Positions 1-10,458 of a stretch of DNA of 64,000 nucleotides are shown here, one piece after another. Source of the stretch: an uncultured bacterium (lineage in GTDB: Bacteria; Gemmatimonadota; Gemmatimonadetes; Gemmatimonadales; GWC2-71-9); contig CBFGRM010000001.1 in NCBI GenBank assembly GCA_965651205.1, forward strand, positions 76,475-140,474. The letters are read 5' to 3'. Both the position numbers and the translations under genes were made by a program. The stretch's first letter is position 1; each line of letters opens with the position of its first letter. Below the pieces are notes generated by a model. That model made no database searches. It was not told where the DNA came from and worked only from the letters and a program-made list of their open reading frames with translations.

Positions 1-1580
1 CGCGCCACTGCGTCGCGCACTCCATAGAATGCACCGGCCAGTCGTCCGATTGAGCGATGGTAGTACAGGATCACCAGCAGTCCGAGCACTGCCACCCCCG
101 CCAGGCCGGGATGCATCTCGCCGCCCAACCCAGCCCAGACCAGCCCCACAGCCAGGGCCAGCGAGCTGGCAAGGTGCCCGACCACGGTGTAGGCGTTGGC
201 CGGCGCCAGTTCCATAGGCTTGTCGAAGAAGTCGCGAGCCACCAGTGCCGCACGCAGGAAGAACGGATACCCCGCCAGAGACAAGAGCGCGGCGACAGGC
301 AGCGCATCGAGCGCGACCAGCACCACCAGTGCCGCCGCGGCGGCGGCCACTATCAGTGGATACACCCGTCTGGCTCTTGCCAGGCCCAGGCGCACCACGG
401 CCGTGCGCTTGCCGACAAGGTCGTCACTCGCGGCGTCCTGGAATCCGTTGATGAACAGGATCAACGCCACCAACAGCGACACGGGCAATGATGCGGCCAA
501 TGCGACACCCGGTACGGTGCCAGTCTGCACATAAGCGCTGCCGCACACGATGCCCACGCCAAAGGCCACTGCCACCGCCGGTTCGCCAAGTCCGCGATTG
601 GCCAGCTTGAGCGGGGGGCCGGTGTAGATCCAGCCGAGGGCCAGGCCGGCCAGTCCGAACAGGATCACGGCGGGACGGCCCGACAGGGCCAGCCACAGTC
701 CGATCGCGGCGCTCAGCACACCGAGCATCACCATCGCCGTCACCATATCCGACCGCGTGGCCAAGCCGCGCTGCATCACGCGCGATCCGCCAGTGAGGCC
801 GAGTATCGGGGTGCGGTTGCTGTCGTCGGCACCCGAGGTCTGATCATCCAGATCGTTGCGGATGTTGGTGCACGCCTGCAGCGACACCGCGGCAATCAAC
901 GTGAGCGCTGCCCAGCCCCAGAGGACCGTACCAGTGACTGCGAACGATGCGGCCACTCCCACAGCCACCGAAGCCGCACTCACCGTGAGCGAAGCCCAGC
1001 GCACCGCCTCCTTCCACACGCCCAGACTCCGGCGGAGCAGGGTGCGATCGTCGGGACGATCGGCGTCGGCGGTGGCAAACTCGATGATCGATGGTGGCCG
1101 ACCGGCGACGATCTCGCCGAAGATCCGGTGCTTTATGAAGCGGGGGGTGACGCGAATGAATGACAGCAGGTCGGTCTGCCCCACCGATTCGAGATGGCGC
1201 ACTATGGACGAGGTCTTCATCGTGGCCTGCATCGCCCGCTTCCGCTCCTCGGGGTCACGCACGATTTCCGCCCTGCCGGTGAGCTCCATCTCCCAACTCG
1301 TGCTCTCCTCACCAGTCGGTGACTCGTGCAACAGCAAGGCGACTTCGGGGCGCGTGCTCATTTCCCGGATCTTCGGATCCGACTTCATCGAGGCCAGGTA
1401 CACCAGTGGGCGCGCGCCTTCGTCATCGGGCAGCCAGGCGCCGGGATGCATCATCCGCACCCGCACTTCTTCACCGGCGTGGGTTCCGACTGCGACGCGC
1501 CGAGCATCGAGCAGCGCCTGGCGGATTCGTTGGCGCGCCTCGGCGGGAGTGGTGGGAGCGGGCTTCGCGGTATCGGTCAT
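1..1580 (-). CDS. Fusion protein: N-terminal pyridoxamine-5'-phosphate-oxidase-like (FMN-binding split-barrel) domain plus C-terminal UbiA-superfamily, MenA-like polyprenyltransferase. The 3' end runs off the window.
   Basis: My own translation of the minus strand from ATG (1580-1578): MTDTAKPAPTT... It stays open to position 1, so it is absent from the ORF track. Residues ~20-170 resemble PNPOx/general-stress-26 proteins (VAVGTHAGEEVRVRMM...LVYLASMKSDPKIREMSTRPEVALLL...ELTGRAEIVRDPEE). The rest is polytopic membrane protein with NDLDDQTSGAD (MenA NDxxDxxxxxD) and NGFQDAASDDLVGKRTAVVRLG (second Asp-rich motif). GAGGTGA lies 9 nt upstream of the ATG. Confidence 0.7.
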   Translation of the reverse strand, partial: MTDTAKPAPTTPAEARQRIRQALLDARRVAVGTHAGEEVRVRMMHPGAWLPDDEGARPLVYLASMKSDPKIREMSTRPEVALLLHESPTGEESTSWEMELTGRAEIVRDPEERKRAMQATMKTSSIVRHLESVGQTDLLSFIRVTPRFIKHRIFGEIVAGRPPSIIEFATADADRPDDRTLLRRSLGVWKEAVRWASLTVSAASVAVGVAASFAVTGTVLWGWAALTLIAAVSLQACTNIRNDLDDQTSGADDSNRTPILGLTGGSRVMQRGLATRSDMVTAMVMLGVLSAAIGLWLALSGRPAVILFGLAGLALGWIYTGPPLKLANRGLGEPAVAVAFGVGIVCGSAYVQTGTVPGVALAASLPVSLLVALILFINGFQDAASDDLVGKRTAVVRLGLARARRVYPLIVAAAAAALVVLVALDALPVAALLSLAGYPFFLRAALVARDFFDKPMELAPANAYTVVGHLASSLALAVGLVWAGLGGEMHPGLAGVAVLGLLVILYYHRSIGRLAGAFYGVRDAVA

Positions 1581-1745
1581 TGCTTGAAATCACCTCTGGG
1601 AGCGGTGCGGGATTTCCTGAAGTTACTCCAGGTGGCGGTCAGCGGGCAGTCGCTCGTGCCTCCCACAAGATACCGCAGGGGAGTGAGTGCCGATGCACCC
1701 GAAGCCGCGGTGGCAACGATGTGATCCCCAGTCGGGGTGCGACCG

Positions 1746-1775
1746 TTGACCCCGCCTCCCGGTTCCCGCTATTTT
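1746..1775 (+). promoter_or_regulatory. Candidate sigma-70-type promoter for secG-carA: TTGACC, 18 nt spacer, TATTTT
   Basis: TTGACC at 1746-1751 and TATTTT at 1770-1775, about 38 nt upstream of the secG ATG. The -10 region is part of a 13-mer repeated upstream of sucC. Confidence 0.4.
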
Positions 1776-1813
1776 CAACGGCTGGCCTTTGTCCCAAAGT
1801 CCGAGGATAAGTG

Positions 1814-2176
1814 ATGTTCGCGCTGCTGCTCACGTTGCTCATAATCGACTCCATCGTCCTGTCGGTCGTGGTGCTGCTCCAGGCCGGTCAGGGCGGGGGG
1901 CTGGCGTCCCTCGGCGGCGGCGGAACCGCCCAGGTGCTGGGCGGCCGTCAGGCCACCACGCTGCTCACCAAGGCAACCTGGTGGACCGGCGGGCTCTTTA
2001 TGGCCCTCTCGCTGCTGCTCTCATTTGCCTCCTCGGGCGGCAACGCCCAGCTCACCGAGGTGCAGCGGCAGCTTCAGCAGGTGCAGCAGGCGGCCCCGGC
2101 TCCGGCCACGACCCCGATTCAGGGGATAACCCCTGCGCCGGGTGGTCCACCGACCACGGGGACCGACTCGCAGTGA
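1814..2176 (+). CDS. secG: Preprotein translocase subunit SecG
   Basis: ORF track 1811..2176. [36 protein letters not shown] shows two TM helices around a Gly-rich loop, with a Pro/Ala-rich tail. I prefer ATG 1814 (GAGGA at 1804-1808) over GTG 1811. Confidence 0.85.
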   Translation: MFALLLTLLIIDSIVLSVVVLLQAGQGGGLASLGGGGTAQVLGGRQATTLLTKATWWTGGLFMALSLLLSFASSGGNAQLTEVQRQLQQVQQAAPAPATTPIQGITPAPGGPPTTGTDSQ

Positions 2177-3300
2177 CCACGCCCAACGCAGGCGGGACCA
2201 GCCGTCCCGCCTTCGTCTTGTTGGAGGATGGCGCCTGGTTCGCGGGCACCCTGGTCGCTCCGGGAGGGCCCGCGTTTGGCGAAGTGGTTTTCACCACCAG
2301 CCTCACCGGCTACCAGGAGACCTTCACCGATCCCAGCTACCTGGGCCAGATCGTGGTGATGACTGCGCCGATGATCGGCAACTACGGCGTCACCAGCGAG
2401 GATGATGAATCGAATCGGCCCCAGGTGAGCGGGGTGGTGGTCCGGGAACTGTCGCGTTCCTGGTCCAACTGGCGCGGCGAGCAATCGCTGCAGCAGTGGC
2501 TGGGAAATGCCGGCATCCCGATCCTCACCGAAGTAGACACCCGGCGCCTGACACGTCATATCCGCGAGAAGGGCGCGATGCGCGGCGTGATCGCCGAGGG
2601 CAGCCAACCCACCCGGGAAATGCGCCAAGCGCTTGCCGCGTCTCCCTCGATGGAAGGGCTAGACCTGGCGTCGCGTGCCACCACTGCCGAACCTTACAGC
2701 GCCGGCGACGGACCCGTTGTGGTCGCCTACGACTTCGGGATGAAGCGCAACATCGTCCGGATGCTCGAGTCCTGCGGCCTCCGAGTGGAGGTCGTGCCGG
2801 CGGATACGCCTGCGAGCCAGGTGCTGGCCCGCGACCCCGATGGGATCTTCCTCTCCAACGGCCCGGGCGACCCGGCGGCCGTGGAGTATGCGCCTGCCAC
2901 CATCCGTGAGCTGGCGGAGTCGGGGACCCCGATGTTCGGGATCTGCCTGGGCCACCAGTTGATGGGCCTGGCGTTCGGGGGTGAGACCACCAAGCTGCCG
3001 TACGGGCACCGGGGCGGCAATCACCCGGTCAAGGAGCTGGCCACCGGCAAGGTCCTGATCACCACCCAGAACCACGGTTTCGCCGTGGCGGGCGGACCGG
3101 ACGGGGTGCCAGGTGCAGCAGAACTTGAGGTGACCCACCTCAACCTCAATGATGGCACCGTCGAAGGCGTGCGGCACAAGCGGTTGCCGGTGTTCGGGGT
3201 GCAGTACCACCCCGAGGCGGCTCCGGGCCCCCACGATGCCTTCCCCCACTTCGGCGAGTTCGTCGACGCGATCCGGACCCGAAAAGCCGCAAGCTCTTGA
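2173..3300 (+). CDS. carA: Carbamoyl-phosphate synthase small (glutamine amidotransferase) subunit
   Basis: GTG 2173 overlaps the secG stop (GTGA). Motifs: [32 protein letters not shown] and the GATase region GICLGHQL...GVQYHPEA. The longer track ORF (from 1789) would overlay secG. Confidence 0.93.
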   Translation: MTTPNAGGTSRPAFVLLEDGAWFAGTLVAPGGPAFGEVVFTTSLTGYQETFTDPSYLGQIVVMTAPMIGNYGVTSEDDESNRPQVSGVVVRELSRSWSNWRGEQSLQQWLGNAGIPILTEVDTRRLTRHIREKGAMRGVIAEGSQPTREMRQALAASPSMEGLDLASRATTAEPYSAGDGPVVVAYDFGMKRNIVRMLESCGLRVEVVPADTPASQVLARDPDGIFLSNGPGDPAAVEYAPATIRELAESGTPMFGICLGHQLMGLAFGGETTKLPYGHRGGNHPVKELATGKVLITTQNHGFAVAGGPDGVPGAAELEVTHLNLNDGTVEGVRHKRLPVFGVQYHPEAAPGPHDAFPHFGEFVDAIRTRKAASS

Positions 3301-3326
3301 CAGGCAACACTTAACGGGCGTAACTA
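3297..3326 (+). promoter_or_regulatory. Candidate promoter for the HU/IHF-moaDEA unit: TTGACA, 18 nt spacer, TAACTA
   Basis: TTGACA at 3297-3302 overlaps the carA stop; TAACTA at 3321-3326. Confidence 0.3.
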
Positions 3327-3336
3327 CTGGTCGTTG

Positions 3337-3359
3337 CGGGGGCCGCATCCGGGCCCCCG
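3337..3359 (+). terminator. GC-rich hairpin after carA: a possible intrinsic terminator or a 5'-UTR structure
   Basis: CGGGGGCC (3337-3344) pairs with GGCCCCCG (3352-3359), with a 7-nt loop. No U-tract follows. Confidence 0.3.
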
Positions 3360-3379
3360 ATCGTCTCCCCGGGGGGTCG

Positions 3380-3694
3380 ATGACCAAGGCTGATCTCGTC
3401 GAACAAGTCACCGCAGCCATTGCGCGCACTTCGGGTCCGATGATCTCGAAGAAGGACTGCGCCCGAGTGGTTGATGCGTTCCTCGACGCAGTAAAGCAGG
3501 CGCTCAAGGAACAGCAGAACATCGAGGTTCGCGGTTTCGGAACCTTCAAGATCCGCCGCCGGAAGACCCGGATGGCCCGCAACCCGCGCACCGGTGATCC
3601 GGTGGAGGTGGCGGCACGCCCGGTGCCGGTGTTCAAGCCCAGCAAGGAGTTGCGGATGCTGGTGGCCGAGGAGGAGGAGTCAGGAGTCGAATGA
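3380..3694 (+). CDS. HU/IHF-family DNA-binding protein with an acidic C-terminal tail
   Basis: MTKADLVEQV...VRGFGTFKIRRRKTRMARNPRTGDPVEVAARPVPVFKPSKEL is the classic HU/IHF beta-arm signature. The in-frame ATG at 3380 lies within track ORF 3149..3694. Confidence 0.85.
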   Translation: MTKADLVEQVTAAIARTSGPMISKKDCARVVDAFLDAVKQALKEQQNIEVRGFGTFKIRRRKTRMARNPRTGDPVEVAARPVPVFKPSKELRMLVAEEEESGVE

Positions 3695-3936
3695 CGCGCT
3701 TCACGGTGGCGACTTTCGCCCGTTTCGCCGAGGCATTGGGTGGCGACACGCTGCACGTGGAACTGACCGAGCCAGCCCGAGTATCCGACCTGACAACCGC
3801 CCTCCGGTCCCTGCCGGGGGGCGACGTGCTTCCGGCCCATCTACTGATCGCCGTGAATCTGGCCCAGGCCGATCCGGACACGCCGGTTTCTCCCGCTGAC
3901 AAGCTTGCGCTGCTGCCGCCACTGGCTGGTGGCTGA
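3691..3936 (+). CDS. moaD: Molybdopterin synthase sulfur-carrier subunit MoaD
   Basis: 81 aa, ThiS/MoaD size, C-terminal ...PPLAGG. ATGA overlap with the upstream gene; immediately followed by moaE. Confidence 0.8.
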   Translation: MTRFTVATFARFAEALGGDTLHVELTEPARVSDLTTALRSLPGGDVLPAHLLIAVNLAQADPDTPVSPADKLALLPPLAGG

Positions 3937-4365
3937 GTGTCGGGCTGCGTGGTTTCTGCTGCAATCGACCCCGGCAGGGTGCAGGAAGAGGTGGCCGACT
4001 CGGTGCACGGTGCAGTGGTGAGCTTTGTCGGCTTGGTGCGCGATCATCACGCCGGCCGAAAGGTGACCGGCCTGGAATACAGCAGCTACCTCGAGATGGC
4101 CGAACACGAATGCGCCCTGATCCTGGGTGAGGCGGAGAGCCGGTTCAACGCGCGCGTGGCGATCCGGCATCGCACCGGCAAGTTGGCAATCGGCGACGTT
4201 GCAGTGGTGGTCGCCTGTGCCGCGGCGCACCGCGACACTGCGTTCGAGGCCGCGAGATGGACCATCGACGCGGTCAAGTCACGAGTCCCGATCTGGAAGC
4301 ACGAGCACTATTCCGATGGAACCAGTGCGTGGGTCGATCCGACCGCACCGGGCGGCTTGGCCTGA
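3937..4365 (+). CDS. moaE: Molybdopterin synthase catalytic subunit MoaE
   Basis: 142 aa with GAVVSFVGLVRD...HRTGKLAIGDVAVVVACAAAHRDTAFEAARWTIDAVKSRVPIWKHE. The GTG start directly abuts the moaD stop. Confidence 0.85.
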   Translation: MSGCVVSAAIDPGRVQEEVADSVHGAVVSFVGLVRDHHAGRKVTGLEYSSYLEMAEHECALILGEAESRFNARVAIRHRTGKLAIGDVAVVVACAAAHRDTAFEAARWTIDAVKSRVPIWKHEHYSDGTSAWVDPTAPGGLA

Positions 4366-5393
4366 TGGCGGTGCTGGATCGCTTCGCCAGGCCACTGCGG
4401 TCGCTGCGGATCTCTGTCACCGATCGCTGCAACCTCCGGTGCAGATACTGTATGCCCGAGGCGGCCTACACCTGGCTGCCGACCGAATCCCTGCTTGGCT
4501 TCGACGAGATCTCCCGACTCGCGCGCGTGTTTGTCGGGCAGGGCGTGAGCAAGTTGCGGATCACCGGTGGCGAACCGTTGCTGCGTCCGGGACTCGAGCG
4601 GCTGGTGGCGACACTCGCCGACATCGACGGCGTGTCGGATCTGGCACTCACCACCAACGGCACCAGGCTGGCGGATGCCTCCGCAGATCTGAAGCGGGCT
4701 GGACTGGACCGGGTCACGGTGTCGTTGGACACCCTGCGCGGCGAGCGGATGAAGTCGCTCACCAGGCACGACCAGTTCGATGCAGTGGTGGCCGGAATCG
4801 ATGCCGTGCTTGCAGCCGGTTTTGTCGGCACCAAGCTCAACACGGTGGTGATCCGCGGAGTCAACGACAGTGAACTGCCCGACATTGTCCATTTCGCTGC
4901 CTCACGCGGCATCGAACCGCGATTCATCGAGTATATGGATGTGGGCGGTGCCACCGAGTGGAGTCCGGATTTGGTGGTGTCCGGAGCCGAGATCGTGGCG
5001 CGACTGGCGGCGGAGTTCGGCGGGGCGACACCGATCCCCCGCGAGGATGATCTCAGTGCACCGGCGGATCGCTGGCAACTCGGCCAAGGCGCCACCGTGG
5101 GCGTGATCACGTCGACCACCAATCCGTTCTGCGGCAATTGCGACCGCGCCCGTCTCACCGCGGACGGGAACTGGTACCGTTGCCTCTACGCCAGTGAGGG
5201 GATCGACCTGGCAGGGCCGCTGCGAGCCGGGGCGTCGGACGAGGCCATTGCAGCGATCGTGGCGTCCGGCTGGCGGGAGCGCACCGATCGAGGTGCCGAG
5301 GTGCGCAGTTCACTCGCGGTGCGTGATGTGCTGGTGCCGCTGTTGCGATTGCGCGAGGATCCCCGGCTGGAGATGCACGTCCGCGGCGGTTGA
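4365..5393 (+). CDS. moaA: GTP 3',8-cyclase MoaA (radical SAM)
   Basis: LRISVTDRCNLRCRYCMP (CxxxCxxC), GGEPLLR, and the C-terminal cluster FCGNCDRARLTADG. ATG 4365 overlaps the moaE TGA by 1 nt. Confidence 0.92.
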   Translation: MAVLDRFARPLRSLRISVTDRCNLRCRYCMPEAAYTWLPTESLLGFDEISRLARVFVGQGVSKLRITGGEPLLRPGLERLVATLADIDGVSDLALTTNGTRLADASADLKRAGLDRVTVSLDTLRGERMKSLTRHDQFDAVVAGIDAVLAAGFVGTKLNTVVIRGVNDSELPDIVHFAASRGIEPRFIEYMDVGGATEWSPDLVVSGAEIVARLAAEFGGATPIPREDDLSAPADRWQLGQGATVGVITSTTNPFCGNCDRARLTADGNWYRCLYASEGIDLAGPLRAGASDEAIAAIVASGWRERTDRGAEVRSSLAVRDVLVPLLRLREDPRLEMHVRGG

Positions 5394-5469
5394 GATAAGA
5401 TGATCCATCGCAGCCTCCGTTCCGCACTGTTGACAGTTGCACCGTTCCACGATTCGAGGAGTTGACCTG

Positions 5470-5994
5470 ATGGCCCTGCACGTCGCACTGCTTGAAGCCA
5501 CGCCCGCGCCGACGGTCGGCGCGATCGCCCGGGCCTGCGTTGCCGCGGATGCCGCCCTGCACCTCGTCGGGCCGCAATCCTTCGAGCGTGATGACGCCAC
5601 ACTTCTCAAGGCCGGCCCCGACGACTGGAGCAAGGTCGACTGGTGGTTGCACCCTGGCTGGCGCGACTTCCGCGATGCGATGGCACGCGAGCGGTGCCTG
5701 TACTTTTCCGCCGAGGCGGAGCGCGATGCAGCCGAAGCGCCGTTCCGCGCCAACAGCGTGCTGGTCGTCGGTGACGAGAGCGGCGGGTTGCCGGAGCGTA
5801 TTCGCGAGAAATACCCCAGCCGTATCTACCGGCTGCCGCGACCCCCGCGCAAGCGCAAGTTCGACCTGGCGGGCTCGGTCTCGCTGCTGCTGGAAATCGG
5901 CGCCCGGGGTGTCGAACAGCGGCAGAAGGCTGCGGCAATCCCCGAGACTCCCAAGCCGACCCGGTACGGCCGGGGCAGGAGTCGCCGGGCGTAG
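5470..5994 (+). CDS. SpoU/TrmL-like SPOUT methyltransferase homologue, divergent, with a basic C-terminal tail
   Basis: Aligns by eye to TrmL/YibK: [23 protein letters not shown].. against [32 protein letters not shown] against MFGPETRGLP. I chose ATG 5470 to match the TrmL N-terminus. Confidence 0.55.
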   Translation: [174 protein letters not shown]

Positions 5995-7017
<1,023 letters not shown>

Positions 7018-7024
7018 GACCGCA

Positions 7025-7690
7025 ATGAATCGGATCCTGGCACTCTGGCGCACCTCCATCGGCAAGAAAGTGGCGATGGCGGTGAGCGGTTTCCTGCTGC
7101 TGTTGTTCCTGATCTCGCATATGATTTCGAACGTCACGGTGCTGGTCGACCCCAGGCACCTTGACGACTACGCCGCCTGGCTCAGGTCACTGGGGCCACT
7201 GCTCTGGGTGGCGCGCATCGGGTTGCTGGTCCTCGCGGTGATCCACATCGTCGCGGCGGTCCAGCTCACTCGCCTGGCCCGGGCGGCCCGGCCGGTGAGC
7301 TACTCGCGTCGCGAGAACCAGGTGGCCAGCTACGCCGCCCGGACGATGCGCTGGGGTGGCCTGCTGCTGGTGGTGTTCATCATTTACCACCTCCTGCACC
7401 TCACCTTCGGCACGGTCCACCCCGACTTCCACCACGGACAGGTGGGCGACAACCTGATCGTTGGACTTTCCTCGCCCGCCGTCGCCGCGTTCTACCTGGT
7501 GTCGATGCTGGCCCTGGGAATGCACTTCTGGCACGGAACCTGGTCGGTGTTCCAGACCTTCGGTGCCAATCACCCGGCCTGGAACCGCAGCCGGAATGTC
7601 ATCGCGATAGTGATCACGGTGATTGTCGCCGGCGGTTTCCTGCTTATTCCGATTTCTGCGTTGCTCGGCGTGTTCGCCTGGCCCCGCTGA
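7025..7690 (+). CDS. sdhC: Succinate dehydrogenase / fumarate reductase cytochrome b subunit (b558 family, single large anchor)
   Basis: 221 aa with 5 predicted TM helices and conserved His residues. It directly precedes sdhA-sdhB and no sdhD is present. Confidence 0.8.
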   Translation: MNRILALWRTSIGKKVAMAVSGFLLLLFLISHMISNVTVLVDPRHLDDYAAWLRSLGPLLWVARIGLLVLAVIHIVAAVQLTRLARAARPVSYSRRENQVASYAARTMRWGGLLLVVFIIYHLLHLTFGTVHPDFHHGQVGDNLIVGLSSPAVAAFYLVSMLALGMHFWHGTWSVFQTFGANHPAWNRSRNVIAIVITVIVAGGFLLIPISALLGVFAWPR

Positions 7691-7703
7691 GCCGAGGGAC
7701 GAG

Positions 7704-9613
<1,910 letters not shown>

Positions 9614-9617
<4 letters not shown>

Positions 9618-10387
9618 GATTGAAGCTCAAGGTCTGGCGACAGAGCGGTCCCGATGCGCCCGGCGAGTTCAGGTATTACGACGCCGAGGCCAACGAGCAT
9701 ATGTCGTTCCTCGAAATGCTCGACGAGGTCAACGAGGGGCTGATCGCCAGCGGCGAGGAGCCGATCGCATTCGACCACGACTGTCGCGAGGGAATCTGCG
9801 GGATGTGCTCGTTGATGATCGACGGCCGTCCGCACGGACCCTGGCAGGCGACGACAACCTGCCAGTTGCATATGCGCGCCTACTCTGACGGTGACGAGAT
9901 CGTGGTCGAGCCGTGGCGGGCTTCCGCGTTCCCGGTGTTGCGCGACCTGGTGGTCGACCGCAGCTCATTCGACCGGATCATCGCCAGCGGCGGCTTCATC
10001 AGTGCACCCACCGGCAGCGCACCCGATGGCAATGCGATCCCGGTGCCCAAGGATGCTGCCGATATCGCGATGGACGCGGCCGCCTGCATCGGCTGTGGTG
10101 CCTGCGTGGCCGCCTGTCCCAACGCCTCCGCGATGCTGTTCACCGGCGCCAAGGTCACTCACCTGGGCGAGTTGCCACAGGGCCAGGCGGAGCGTGATCG
10201 CCGCGCGATCGCGATGGTCGAGCAGATGGACGCCGAGGGATTCGGCGGCTGCACCAACTTCGGCGAGTGTGAGGCGGCCTGTCCCAAGGAAATCCCGCTA
10301 TCGGTGATCGCGCAGATGAATCGCGATTATCGCCGTGCAACCCTCCGCAACCGGACCGCTGCCGGGGGGCCCGCCGGGGTGATGTGA
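9614..10387 (+). CDS. sdhB: Succinate dehydrogenase / fumarate reductase iron-sulfur subunit
   Basis: [15 protein letters not shown] (2Fe-2S), [28 protein letters not shown] overlap with sdhA. Confidence 0.92.
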
Positions 10388-10458
10388 CCTGCCGGCCGCG
10401 TTGGCGGTCGGCCACGGTTCGGGATACCCTTCGGTGTCCCGACCCAAAGGAAACCCTG

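Noticed and set aside
856-1587. 243-aa + strand ORF (plus several 60-160 aa ORFs between 29 and 1810)
   Set aside because: They lie entirely antisense to, or out of frame with, the minus-strand PNPOx::MenA-like gene. That gene has clear family motifs. These ORFs are Ser/Arg/Ala-rich with no motifs, typical shadow ORFs of GC-rich DNA.
1584-1594. The 11-mer TTGAAATCACC is shared between 1584-1594 and the nuoA -35 region (14568-14578)
   Set aside because: At 1584 no -10 element follows on the + strand. The sequence there is the reverse complement of the SD/spacer (GAGGTGATTTCAA) of the minus-strand gene starting at 1580. It is most simply a chance match.
1789-2172. Upstream extensions of track ORFs for carA (1789), nuoB (14629), nuoD (15992), nuoL (23321), nuoN (26817), sdhA/sdhB, ispF (43312), xerD (44136), pyrG, kdsC, the YfhO gene and dapF
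   Set aside because: The longest-ORF starts would overlap the preceding, well-supported genes by hundreds of nt. The extensions show Arg/Pro-rich junk translation. Internal starts reproduce the canonical N-termini and typical ATGA/GTGA coupling.
3300-3380. Possible Moco riboswitch or other leader upstream of the moa genes
   Set aside because: Only 80 nt with a single short hairpin precede the HU/IHF gene, and moaD follows that gene with no spacer. This is far too small for the roughly 130-nt Moco RNA motif.
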